The notes below the pieces were generated by a model. The model worked only from the letters and a program-made list of their open reading frames with translations, was not told the DNA's origin and searched no databases. The position numbers and the translations under genes were made by a program. This document shows positions 30,680-44,164 of a DNA stretch of 64,000 nucleotides, piece by piece. The DNA is from the human T2T-CHM13v2.0 reference genome, Homo sapiens. Location of the stretch: the NCBI RefSeq assembly GCF_009914755.1, contig NC_060930.1; one strand, 5' to 3'. How positions within the stretch are numbered: position 1 is the first letter of the stretch; each line of letters starts with the position of its first letter.

Positions 30680-32376
30680 GTAAGTCTTTCTCCCTCTGCC
30701 CAGGACCACCTTCCAAGAAGGTGTCTTTTAGGTCCATGATGACGGAAATCAAACAGGCGATCATGTGCGTATGTACTATGGAGTTATGCGATGTCATTTT
30801 CCTTAACATGTTGCATGCATGTGTGTGTATCTAGGTGGCTAAGAGTGTGTTTTGTAATGCAGTTGGTGATGTCTGAGGATTTTGTGAAGAGTTACTGATT
30901 TTACACTTATTGTGAATAAACCCTAAATAAATCTCCGGAAATAGAAAGGGAAAGGATAGGTGCATTAACCAAGATGGATTTTCATCTTTTACATTAATTT
31001 TTAATGTAGGATAAAAGTTATCAAGAAGCAAGATACAAATATAAAATATACTATATTCCAGAATAAACCAATGATTAAAAACCCGTCTTCTGCACCTCAT
31101 TTTGGTAGGTGACCTTAAAACAACAGTGAATGTGTGTGTTAAAAAATGGCAAATGATCCCTAGCGTTTCCTGTTAAAGGTAATATTTTTGCTTCCTTGAC
31201 CCAACTTGGACCCTGTAATTTCTGCTCTCATGGAAGCTAATTTTATGTTTCTTGTTATATTTTCAGTATTTCTTTTAGGCAACATAAATAAGACAAAAAC
31301 AAGAGAATCTTTTTTCTAAAACCTTTTCTTTTTCTGCTTTATTGCATCATCATTGTACTAGAATGTTCTATTTGTGATCTTCCATGGTAAAAAATTTTAA
31401 AGAAAGTCCACATCTCTAAACAGACGCTTCCTTTGGCACGGAGCCACTTGTACGTTCATGCCAAGGGAGGCACAGAAGTGGTTTAGGCATCAAGTATTTC
31501 TGGAATGCAAAGCACACGTTGGGGAGAGCGTGTGTGTGCTTTAGAGCACAGCTTTGCCTAATCCATCCACGTGTGTGTGCTGCTGGCACAGGCGGTTCTG
31601 GGAGGAGGGCTGCTTTGCCAGAAAGCTATAATTCTAAACTTAAGAGGCTTTGTGGGTTTTGTTCTGGTCTGAGGAACGTTGTGGGTGATGTACCATAGCA
31701 AACCAAGGCCACTGCCCACTCAGGTTGAGAAGATAACTGTGCACACCCCATCAGCTTTTTTTGTTTTGCTTGCCTTGCCTCCTCCCAGGAACCTAGTAAT
31801 ATGGAGGCTGAAATAGACAAAAAAGGCTCAAGTTGACATTGACTTTGAACTTGGAGGTATTGTGGTGGGGTAGAAGCATCGAGTGAACGGGCTGTAGCTT
31901 TTCCTGCCCTAGTTTATTATGTGCCATGATTCAGGCTGAGAGCTCAGGTGTTCCCTCAGAATCTCTGAATCCTTCAGGAAACGAGAAATGTTTGCTCTTC
32001 CTCCTAAGAGGAAGTGACTCACCAAATTTGTACTAACCTTAGTTAGGCTGGGTAGTACTTCTTCCCCTCAATTGTGGAGAGTCATTCTTTCCGTGTTTAT
32101 ATCCTTTACTTAGTAAAATGTGGCATGGCTCTTGTGGCCGAGAGAGACTGATGGCCTCCTCTGAGGTTAACAAAAAATTTTAAACACACGCCCACTGTCT
32201 CCATTTGTAATATTGTCATTTTGCCTCTGTAATTTTAAGTGGTTCAAACTTAATGTGTTTCTAAACAATTTGAAAGTTTAAAAACATTTTGTCCTTTATT
32301 TCTCTGTTAATGGCTTTTGAAAACTATGCTATCCTTTGCTTTTAACTTAAAAACACTTTCTTTTGAAAACTTTTAT

Positions 32377-32680
32377 GGCTGGGTGCAGTGGCTCAGGCCT
32401 GTAATTCCAGCACTTTGGGAGGCTGAGGTGGGAGGATCACTTGAGGCAAGGAGTTTGAGATCAGCCTGGGCAACATAGTAAGACCCTGTCTGATCCAGCA
32501 CCAGCCCCCCGCCCCCAGCCCCCCCAAAATTAGCCAGGTGTGGTGGTGCCCACCTGTAGTCCCAGCTACTCGTGAGGCTGAGGCAGGTGGGTCCCCTGAG
32601 CCCAGGAAGTTAAGGCTGCAGTGAGTTGTGATCATGCTTGGGTGAAAGAACAAGACCCCATCTCAAAAGAAAAAAATATT
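32377..32680 (+). mobile_element. AluJ with C-rich middle linker
   Basis: Dimer; the linker reads ccagccccccgcccccagcccccccaaaa. Confidence 0.85.
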
Positions 32681-32998
32681 AAAATAAATTTAAAGTTACA
32701 GTAAAGTTTCAAGGATTGAGAATTGTGCAGTGAATGTTCATGTAATCTTCACGTGGGCCACCAGTTGTTGACATTTGCACACTCCTGAGCTTTCTCTCTC
32801 TCTCTCTCACACACCCCCCGCCCCCCACATACACCACCATTAATTATTATTACTGCTGGCCTGTTTGAGAATAAATGGTAGACATCATGATTGTCACCCC
32901 TAAATGCTTAAGCAAATATTTCCTAAGGACAATGACATTCTGTTACAGAATAATATAGTATAATGACCAAATACAGGAAACTTAATAACTTTTTCTAA

Positions 32999-33345
<347 letters not shown>

Positions 33346-33703
33346 TGTATTTGTTTTACTAATTGTCCCAATAATGTCTCTTTTAGCAGTGTTTTTCCAA
33401 TCCAGCACTTTTTAGAAAAAAAAAAAAAAAAAAAATGGCTCACGGCATGTTGGTGTCACGTCTTTTGTCACATTTAATCTGAAAGGGTTTCTTAGCCTTT
33501 TTCAGAGTGTAAGCTAGTTGTTTGATGAAGTATTTGTTGTTTAGGGTTTATTTGTTTTTGTGTTTTTTTGCGCCACAGTGCATTACATCGGGGGCCCGTG
33601 ATGTCCGTTTATTTCATTATTAGTGATATTAATTTTGGTCATTCACTTAAGGTGGTATCTGCCAGGTTTTCTCTGAGAAGTTACAATTTCTTCTTTGTAG
33701 TGA

Positions 33704-33838
33704 ATATATATATAATATATATATTATATATAATACATATTATATATTTTTATATATATAATATATATATTATATATAATACATATTATATATTTTTATA
33801 TATATTTTATATATATGTATGTATGTATATACATATAT
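33704..33838. repeat. AT-rich (TA)n-type repeat containing 2 x 46-bp tandem units
   Basis: 33706-33751 is identical to 33752-33797. Confidence 0.9.
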
Positions 33839-35015
33839 TGTGAGGTGATCCTCTGAGACCGTGAAACTATTATGTTTCTCATCAAACTTTTACCTGTTGG
33901 TTTTAGATTCTTTCCATGATTCTTGCCTGAATCAGTGTTACTGTGATGGTTGCAGAAGGGTGATACTTATTCTTGCATTGATGATTATTTTGTATAAAAT
34001 CTCCCAAGAGGTTTTGTGTTTAAATTTCATTTGCTTTTAAAGATGTATCACCCTGAAAATCCTAAGTCAGATTATAATTTGAATAGGTTTGATGCATTGT
34101 CGCTATAGAATAATTTATACATTGTATTTGAAGATGCAAATAGACAATCTCACTATTCCCTTACATCAAAATGCTTGCTGGGAGCCTTGCTGTTGAGTAC
34201 AGGACCCTCAAAGGGTGACCTGGCGAACCAGTTGGCTGTGTCTGGTTGGTGTCTGCAAAAGTCTCTGCCAACCAAAATATCATTCTGCGTCAGAGTGGTG
34301 TTCTGTGGGCAGAAGTTTTCTCTGCTTTTTATTCCAAAAACAAGAGAACTTAGAAAACACATGTGGGCAAGACCTGCAGGGGCCCACCCTTAGAAGCAGA
34401 AATGCAAAGAAGGAGGCAGCGTGGAAGCTGAGCACTGCTCCTGCGACTCCTGCCTCGCAGATCCAGTCTCCCAGCTTGTCTCAGGGACCCCCTGTGTGCA
34501 CGCCTCTGTCCTCCTTGCCCAGCTAAAACCTATTCTAAGGGAGGTATCTGGCCTTAATTATGTTTCAAATGTCTGTTTCTAAAAAATAACATCACTTCTG
34601 TCAGTAGTATTTAGCATTTAACAGGGTTTAAAGTCTCAAGTCACAGGAAGTTAGCTCTGACCAGAAGAGGGGGAGGGAGAGAGACAAGCAGTGAGATTTC
34701 CGACATACCTGGCATCTCAGCATCTATTGTGGATGCCCCTGCCAAGTGGGGCTGCTGACCTCTAGATGTGCTTGACCTGCATATACAAGAGGTGGGTTGA
34801 TAGGTAGGTGATAGGTAAGTAGGTGTGTGGAAAGAAAGAACAGACCCTCCCTACCCCATTATGAGTTTGGTGGGGTCCCCATTCATCCTTATTTTCTTAC
34901 ACTATCTGGTCTCTCCATATGCTTTCACTGGAAGTTTAATAAAGAAGGCCAAGGGAGATTTCATTTGAGCCTCTTCTCTTTATATCTATCTACATCGCTT
35001 ATTGATGAGACTATC

Positions 35016-35659
35016 TGTTACTGGAAGGGGGTCCTGATCTAGACCCCAAGAGAGGGTTCTTGGACCTCATGCAAGAAAGAATTCAGGGCAAGTCCATAGA
35101 GTAAACTGAAAGCAAGTTTATCAGAGAAGTAAAGAAACCAAAGAATAGCTACTCCATAGGCAGAGCAGTGGCATGGGCTGCTCGACTGAATAGACTTACA
35201 GTTGATTTTTGATTATATGCTAAACAAGGGGTGAATTATTTATGAGTTTTCTGGGGAAAGGGCAGGCAGTTCCCAGAACTGAGCATCCCTCCCTTTTTAG
35301 ACCACATAGGGTAACTTCCAGATGTTGCCACGGCACCTGTAAACTGTCATGGTGCTGCTAGGAGTGTCTTTTGGTGTGCTATTGCATTATAATTCACATA
35401 TAATGAGCAGTGAGGATGACCAGAGGTCACTTTCATTGCCATCTTGGATTTGGTGGGTTTTGGCAATCTTCTTTACTGCATCCTGTTTTATCGGCAGGAT
35501 CTTTGACCTGTATCTTGTGACACCAGTCCTGCCAACCTCCTGTCTCATCCTGTCACTAAGAATGCCTAGCCTTCTGGGAATGCAGCCCAGCAGGTCTCAG
35601 CCTTATTTTACCCAGCCCCAGTTCAAGGTGGAGACGCTCTGGTTCAAATGCCTCTGACA
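35016..35659 (-). mobile_element. MER41B-like ERV1 solo LTR (644 bp)
   Basis: Minus strand starts TGTCAGAGGCATTTGAACCAGAGC and ends ...CAGTAACA, matching recalled MER41 termini; has the cattatat..aattataatgca segment; 4-bp flanks tatc/tacc. Confidence 0.85.
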
Positions 35660-36106
35660 TACCTGCTTTATTGCTCAATCTCGGATTTGTGTCAACTGGC
35701 TGAACAGGTGAAATTAACTAATTTTCTATTACCAGACACTTTTAAGAATATTTAGAGGGTAAGGCTTTTCTTGAGAAGGCTGGGAAATAGCTTTATAACT
35801 ACAACAAATGAGTTTAGCTACGAGTCGCAGAAAACCTGACAAATAGTGATTCCTTAGACACATCTGAGTTCCATGAATGGGTCCAGGGCTGGCTCCATGA
35901 CTCAAGTCGGCCTTCAGAAACCCAGATGGCTGGACTGCTTTCTTTTTTCTTCTTTCTTTTTCTTTCCCGTCATAGCCTCAAAGTGGCTGCTGCATCTTCT
36001 AGGTGGGAAGAAAAAGCAGGGCGAAGAGAGGGAAGAAGGCAGTAGGTCCCAAGGCTAAACCTTGTGCTTTGCAGAGCTTTCCTAGAAACCCTGTCCACCA
36101 CATTCC
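35249..36106. promoter_or_regulatory. Candidate STAT-responsive enhancer (GAS cluster with AP-1 and TEAD motifs)
   Basis: TTCCCAGAA 35270-35278, TTCTGGGAA 35572-35580, TTCCTAGAA 36079-36087, N4-spaced TTCTGGGGAA 35249-35258, TGACTCA 35898-35904, CATTCC 36101-36106. Confidence 0.45.
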
Positions 36107-36267
36107 AGTGTGTGCCACTCATTTCCTCGTGCAGCAGCTGTTTGCTGACCAACTACCGGTTGTAGAAGGCTCCCTTCAGGGGGCCCAGGATATAGTGATG
36201 GACAGAACTGTCACGAGCTTACGTTTGAAGGCAGGGGCATATACTAGAACAAAAATTACATATTTAA

Positions 36268-36709
<442 letters not shown>

Positions 36710-36989
36710 AGGGTTCTTTTCTTAAGGAAAGAGGGTGAATAGACATTGCGTAGGAGACTAGCAGTATTTTCTATGAAAAGTTTAACTTTTATTTGTATGC
36801 ATGTAAACAAAGGAATCTGAAAATTACCTAGATGTCTGACAAGCTGTGTGTCAAGATTCTTTAGTGTCATTACATTCAAGGAAGCCAACTGTAGGGAGGG
36901 CCACCTGGCTATTTTGTAATATGTTTATGGAGGAAATCTTCATGGGGTGGTTTATATAGACTAAAAATTGAAAAGGCATAGACAGGTAA

Positions 36990-37210
36990 TAATAGGTGAT
37001 GTTTATTGAGTTCTTATTATGTGCCAGGAACTGAGCTAAGCACTTAACATTGACTCACTTAATACAAAAATCCTACGAGATGACAAATGGTATGATTCCC
37101 ATTTACAAATGCAAAACTAAAGGACAGAGGTAAGTTGCCCAGGGCCACACACTTACTAAGAAGCAGTACACAGATTTGATCCCAGTTAAGAACCCATAAC
37201 CCTAACCACA
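36990..37210 (-). mobile_element. MIR
   Basis: tttattgag..atgtgccagg; cccatttacaaatg..aaact..aagttgcccagggccacac. Confidence 0.8.
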
Positions 37211-37914
37211 GAGCTGTAATTCCAAAGTCCTTAGAATGCATTGCTTATGCAAATACAGAGGCTAGTGGCAAATCGTGTTCGTTAGCATCAAATAAACAGC
37301 AGCAGGTAAAACCTACACTTCAGGGCTCCCTTGAAAATAGGAGCAAATTCTACCCTCATCCAGATATAAGCTAGGTCCCAGTTATTTATCTGTAGAGGCA
37401 GGAAGGTCCAAAATAAATCTCAAAACTTCACCTAAGCCAATATTTATAACTTCTTTTCTACTAAGTCTTTCACTGGAGTTGAACATTCACTGATTTAGTT
37501 TCACTTTTTTTCATTATCTGTGGCTACACTTGAACTATTTTATGGTGAAAAAGTCCAAAAATATATAGCACGATGGAAAAGGAAGGTAAATAAAAGTAGA
37601 GAAGGCCAATAGAGCAGTGTTCTGTGGTGAAATAAAGAGGATCGAATATAGTTTATAAATGTTCTCTGCGGACACTTACTCTCCTTGGACAATGCTTCGC
37701 TCTCAGGTATGTTTTATCTGGCAAGCTGATTACTCTTTTGATAATGTCAGCTTTCCTTTTCTCCCTCTCAAAGATCTTTGTCTTCACCCTCTTTCCTCTG
37801 ACTGCAGGGAAGAAGTCCCAGCACACACATGCCTGTTGCAGTCCCTCCAACTCCCTGCTTTGGATCATCTGCTGCTCTCTTGATTGCTTGCACCACTGAT
37901 CTGATCTTGTCGTC

Positions 37915-38068
37915 ATCCTCCTCCCCTTCCTTCTCCTCCTCCTCCTCCTTTTCCTCCTCTTCTTCCTCTTGTTCTTCCTCCTCTTCTTCCTCTTCTCCTC
38001 TTCCTCCTTCTCCTCCTCCTCATCCTCCTCCTCCTCTTCCTCCTCCTCCTCCTCGTCCTCCTCTTCCT
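37915..38068 (+). repeat. (CCT/CTT)n polypyrimidine repeat
   Basis: Read directly. Confidence 0.93.
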
Positions 38069-38408
38069 CTGTGGTCTGCCGTCCACCTACCTGGCCACCT
38101 TAGCCCTTGCTATGTGCTCCCTAGGCAGAGCAAAAGCCGCTGCAGTTTCTCAGACAGACCCTATTCTCCCAGGGCGTGCTGAGCCTTGGAAATGCTGCTC
38201 CTTCAGCGGGATACTCTGTCTCCCACTCTCACCATTACCCCCCGCTGCCCACTCCCCGACCTTTCCCTGGGCAAGCTCCATTCAATCTTAAAACCTCAGC
38301 TCTGGGGTTGGCCCCTCCCAGAATTCTCCCGTAATCCACAGACTTGAGGTGAAGTGGCCTGCTACTTGGCCTCTACACCCCCTGGACTCTCCTGCTTCTA
38401 TTGCAGTG

Positions 38409-38413
38409 GAGAG

Positions 38414-38457
<44 letters not shown>

Positions 38458-38478
38458 TGTGTGCGTGCGTGCGTGCGT
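38409..38478 (+). repeat. (GA)n(GT)n(GCGT)n microsatellite
   Basis: Read directly. Confidence 0.95.
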
Positions 38479-39325
38479 TGTCACCTTCCACCCTGAACTC
38501 CTTGAGCCCTAGATCTTTTGCTTCTCTCCTGGCACACAGAAGATATTCCATAATGTTGAATAAATCGATTGAGTGAGTGAGCATGCACAAACATGCTTAG
38601 GTCTTCTTTACTCTAGAAAAATCTTCTTGCCGTTCTTCCAGACTATGTTTCTTTTTCTCTCTTTCCCTAGTTGCTAAACTTTTGCCATGAAGCCTGGCTC
38701 CTGTCTTCATTCCCTGATGAAATGTTATTTCAGAGGTCAGTGGCTTCATAGGAACCTAACCAGAGGCCTCTCCCCACGTGAGTCCCTGTTGCATTGGGTC
38801 CTGCTGACTTTTCCCCGGGTCACACTTCTCTCATCTCCCTTGGTGGCTGCGACTTTGCCACCAAGTTTCGAGTTTCTTCTCCTTTATGTGCACTCTGTGC
38901 AGCTCTGCCCACCCCTTCCTGTGAGTGCACCGCAGGCTTTTTACCCAGCCTGTGAGCTCTCCCAAGGCTCTTACCTGCGCCCATGGCTTTGAGCTCTTTA
39001 GGTACTCATTGTAGATTTAACTCTCTCGCTCTGACCTTTGCAATCTGGTGGCCTGCCTATTACAGCCTCTTGCTGAAAAATGCCTGCTCACTAATATCTC
39101 AGCCACCCAAACTGCCCATTCATATAACATAATTCACCACTTCCTCTTGACCCTTCTCTAACTACCTGCTCTTTGTCCACACTTCCCTCTCTCTATCCTT
39201 GAGAAACTTTTCTGCCCTTCACCCAGACTTTTTCATCATGCTGTCCTGCTTTTTTTCCTTGACCCTTGATTGTCAGTTGCCAAATCCTGTTTTTCAACTT
39301 CTATAGTCTTTCCTTTGTTTCCCTC

Positions 39326-40416
<1,091 letters not shown>

Positions 40417-41119
40417 CTCTCTGTTTATTTTTAATCTTTATTGTTCCAAGTGAGACCCTTAATGCTCTTTCCGTGAACTAAAGAGCATTCAAGAAATTGC
40501 TTTTGGATTTATCTCCCGAAAATACACTCAGGCCACATCTCATTGAGGGGATGCTCAGCTCTCCCCAGTGACATCTATAAATTAGGACCTGTCTAGGTTT
40601 TCACCTTGGTAATCAGTGGCCCCTACATATATCCCTAGCCCTTCTTTATTGCTCAGTCTCCCCAGCAATAACCTCATACCTCCATATAACCCCAATTCCA
40701 GCCCAACTGGATATTACGATTACCCAAATGCCCCCTTGGCTGTCTGAATTTCATGCATTGGAAGCATTTCCTTCCTTCAAGTCCTATTTGAAGGACTGCT
40801 TCTCACTGAGTACTTTCTCAGTCTCTTAACTGTCTGTATCCTCTCCTCTCCTTGGACTCTAGTAGCATTTTCCATGGATCTGATGTCTCTTAATGTACTT
40901 TAACACGTATCATATCATCATTGTTGTTAACATCATCATAACGTGGCTTCTCGGGTGATGTCTATGTACTGGGTACTGTGTGAATCTCTTATTATATGTT
41001 ATCTTTTTTTTTTTTTGTATAAACTCATTGAGGTATATATTATATTTGAGACTCATTAGCTTGCCTAAATTTCCAGAGCTAGAGGCAAACATCTCAATCC
41101 ATTCTGAGTGTCATTATAG

Positions 41120-41320
41120 CCTTGGAATTAAGATGCCCTGCCTGATACCAGACTCTCTGGGTTCAAATCCAGGTTGTCTTCCTTACCAGCTCTGTAACTC
41201 TTGGGCAAGCCACTTGACCTTTCTATCTGTAGTTTCCACAATTATCAAATGAAGATGATCATTATAGTGCTTACCTCACTTAGCCATCAAGAGCATAGTA
41301 AGTGCTTGATAATCTTGTCT
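41120..41320 (+). mobile_element. MIR
   Basis: ctgggttcaaatcc..cttaccagctctgtaactcttgggcaag. Confidence 0.78.
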
Positions 41321-41827
41321 GTTATCTATCTTGTCTGGCCCACATTCATGCCTTTGCCTGTGGCTTGAGCCACTTGTATACTTCCCTAATCCCAGAAGAA
41401 CCAACATAGTCATGAGCCCTGAGGCTGAGAGCTCACTCTTCTGATTTTCTTCAGTGTCCAGAATAATGGTTTGCACAGAGCAAGTGCTCATTTAGTACTT
41501 GCATTGAATTCACTGAATGCCCCTAGTTATTTGAAATAGGGCTACAAATGGATTGTTCCCAGGACTGGAATTTCAGAGAAGCTACCTTGGGCTTACTCGT
41601 GACCCAACATGTGTCAGTGTCTCCCCAGACTGACGGTGTGAATAAAAAGTGCTTTCGGCTTGTAAATATCAACATTATAAAGACACCTCTAAATAAACAT
41701 TTGACATAGTAGCTTCCATAAATTGCCAAATCTTTTTCTAAGGGTTGCCCCCCTTTTCTTACCAGATTCTATTTCATAGTCTGGTTCAAGTCTCCCTAGA
41801 TTTTCCTCTTCTAAAATAGAAACAACT

Positions 41828-41962
41828 GCTGAGCACGGTGAGATGCGCCTGTAGTCCCAGCTACTCGGGAGGCTGAGGCAGGAAGATTGCTTGAGCTCAG
41901 GAGTTTGGGACTAGCCTGGGCAATACAGCAAGACCCAGTCTCTTAAAAGAAAGAAAGGAAGA
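41828..41962 (+). mobile_element. FLAM-A monomer
   Basis: Single ~120-bp monomer; TSD agaaacaac. Confidence 0.8.
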
Positions 41963-42789
41963 AAGAAACAACAGACGACATAATACCTTCAGATGAAGGT
42001 ACAATACCAAGAAACTCATACGTAATATTGTGATTTAGAAAATCATGCTGTGGAATTATCAGTCCGCCTTTGGAAGTAGACCAGATTCAGTGAAAAGGGC
42101 TGATGAGGTCTGTGAGTTTGCTAGGAAATCCAGGTCAAGCCACGTCCCCTGGTGCTGACATGAATGCATCCTATCTCCACATCCTGTTTGTGGCGGGGCT
42201 GTGGTGTAGGGTGGGGACACCCATGTTTTCCCCCAGGGAGCATGTGTGTGTGCCCTGCGCCTGGGGCCTGTGTGTATGGGAGTGAGGATGTCACACAGAG
42301 GCATGCCCTTCAGAGTGGGTCACAGGGCGCTTCTGCCCCACGGAGGTGGATGTGTCCTTCTGTGCCCAGCATCTTCTCAGTCCCCATGAGCTGTTAGAGC
42401 ATCCCTAAGATAACCAAAGGCAACTGGAGCCATCATTATTTGTTTTTTCAGGCACACTACGGTGGGAAGCATAGGCAAAATGGCAAACTTAAGTTTCAGA
42501 AAATAAATGGACTGGCCCAAGAGCCAGGTGTTGTTATGATATTAGGTACTCTTCTGCCTTAATCAGTAGAGGCTGAGGGCATGAGGGCCAGGTCACTGGC
42601 CAGGAGGCTCGTCCATCTGTGACTTGTCCTCTTTGCCACTTCATCTTCTGGGCTTCAGCTCCCTCGTGGGCATGGTGAGGAGTGTGAGTCAGGTGGTCTC
42701 CAGGGTCCTTCTAGCTCAGGCCATCTTTTGTTTTCTGCTCCAGTCTAAAGCATGCCCTGCACCGATCAGTTTAGCTTGGACTCTGCATA

Positions 42790-43000
42790 TCCCACTATGT
42801 TGTAGCTGGCCTAGGCTCTGGAGCTGGACAGAATCTGAGCGTGAGTTTACGCTCCGCTAGTTGTGGGACTGGGAACAAGTTATTCGAATTCTTTACGCCT
42901 CAGGTTTCTATTCAATAAAGCATGCACAAAAACAGCTCTTTTCAAGGGTGGTGCTGTGAAATGCCCAGCACACTGCCTGGCACGCGATAGGTGCTCACAT
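42790..43000 (+). mobile_element. MIR
   Basis: ctctggagc..gcctcaggtttc..gcctggcac motifs. Confidence 0.65.
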
Positions 43001-43699
43001 TCTGCTGTTCCCTCCCCTCACCCCCTCTGTAATGTGCAGTGCTGCCCCTGGTGAGGGCAGTGAGTCTGTGGTGTCTCTTCTCAGGCTCATTAGACGGTGC
43101 CATACACACAGAGCTTATCACTGGCCATGGTCCCCTAAAATATGCCCTTCCCACATGACCTTTCGTTTCTTTTGTGATGCCTGCAATGGGGGCGACTAGG
43201 AAACAACAGCTATTTTCATAGAGCCTGTGCAGTAGCAATGCGCTGAAGCGTGCGTTTGTGCAGGCATAACTGCGTCCACACGTGTGTGTGCACGCGTGCA
43301 CCATTGCACAGCATATTTGAAGGGCTCAGCATTCCAGAATGCAGGAGCTTGGGGTAGGAGCAGCTGGTCCACAATCCTCCTCCTCAGCTGTTCCCAACTG
43401 GAAACTCCGTTGCCCTTCCCTCTGTCTGGCGAGTGAGCCACCAGCCGACCCGGACACAGCTTGAGTCCGCACGTCTGCCCTGTGTCCTTTGCCGGTGGCA
43501 GGCTGTGTGTGTTCTTGCTGGGATGGCTGGGGACAGGTGCTGCTGCCAGGAATTGTTTAATGTACGGAGGTGGCTGCTGTTTATTCTCTCTCCTGCATAA
43601 GAAGAAACAGAATATTAGGCCAAGGATGGGGTGATGGTGGGAGGCTATCAGTAAATAAATATCATTCCTATACTTGCAGGAAGATGTGGAGACTCAACA

Positions 43700-43880
43700 C
43701 CTACAGCTTAGTGCGTGCTCCCTGCATGTCTTATTAATTCTCCTACCAAATCTATAATGCAGATGGTATTCTACAGTTAAGGAAACCAAGGTTTAGAAAG
43801 GTCAGTGACTTAGCAAGATCACAGACCTTGGGTAAGGCAGAGCTGGATTCTGAATCCAGCTCTGTTTATCTGCAAGGGGC
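43700..43880 (-). mobile_element. MIR
   Basis: aaggaaaccaagg..gtgacttagcaagatcacag..ggcagagctggatt. Confidence 0.7.
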
Positions 43881-44164
43881 AGACTGCTTCTCATCCACCC
43901 AACTACAGGTACAATCAAAGACTGGGGTGCTCGGAGAGACCAGTGATGGGCCAGGCAGCTCAGGAAGTTTAATTTGATAAGCATTTATCCAGCAGTAAGC
44001 CCTGGAAAGATGAGTAAGATAGGTAGGGTAGCTGTCCTCTTACAATCTGAAGACATGGAAAGATGCTTATAATGCAATGCGAAAACCATCAGGACAGGGG
44101 AACTGCAGAAGGAGGTATGGTGAACCCCGCTTGGGGGATAGGCATGGTGCTGAGGGCCCTGTAT

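Noticed and set aside
30559-30834. 91-aa ORF overlapping the second exon
   Set aside because: Wrong frame relative to the spliced SASH1 peptide; non-ATG start; spans intron sequence.
35349-35657. 102-aa hydrophobic ORF
   Set aside because: Lies entirely within the MER41 LTR.
37829-38182. Ser/Pro-rich 117-aa ORF
   Set aside because: Translation of the (CCT)n repeat.
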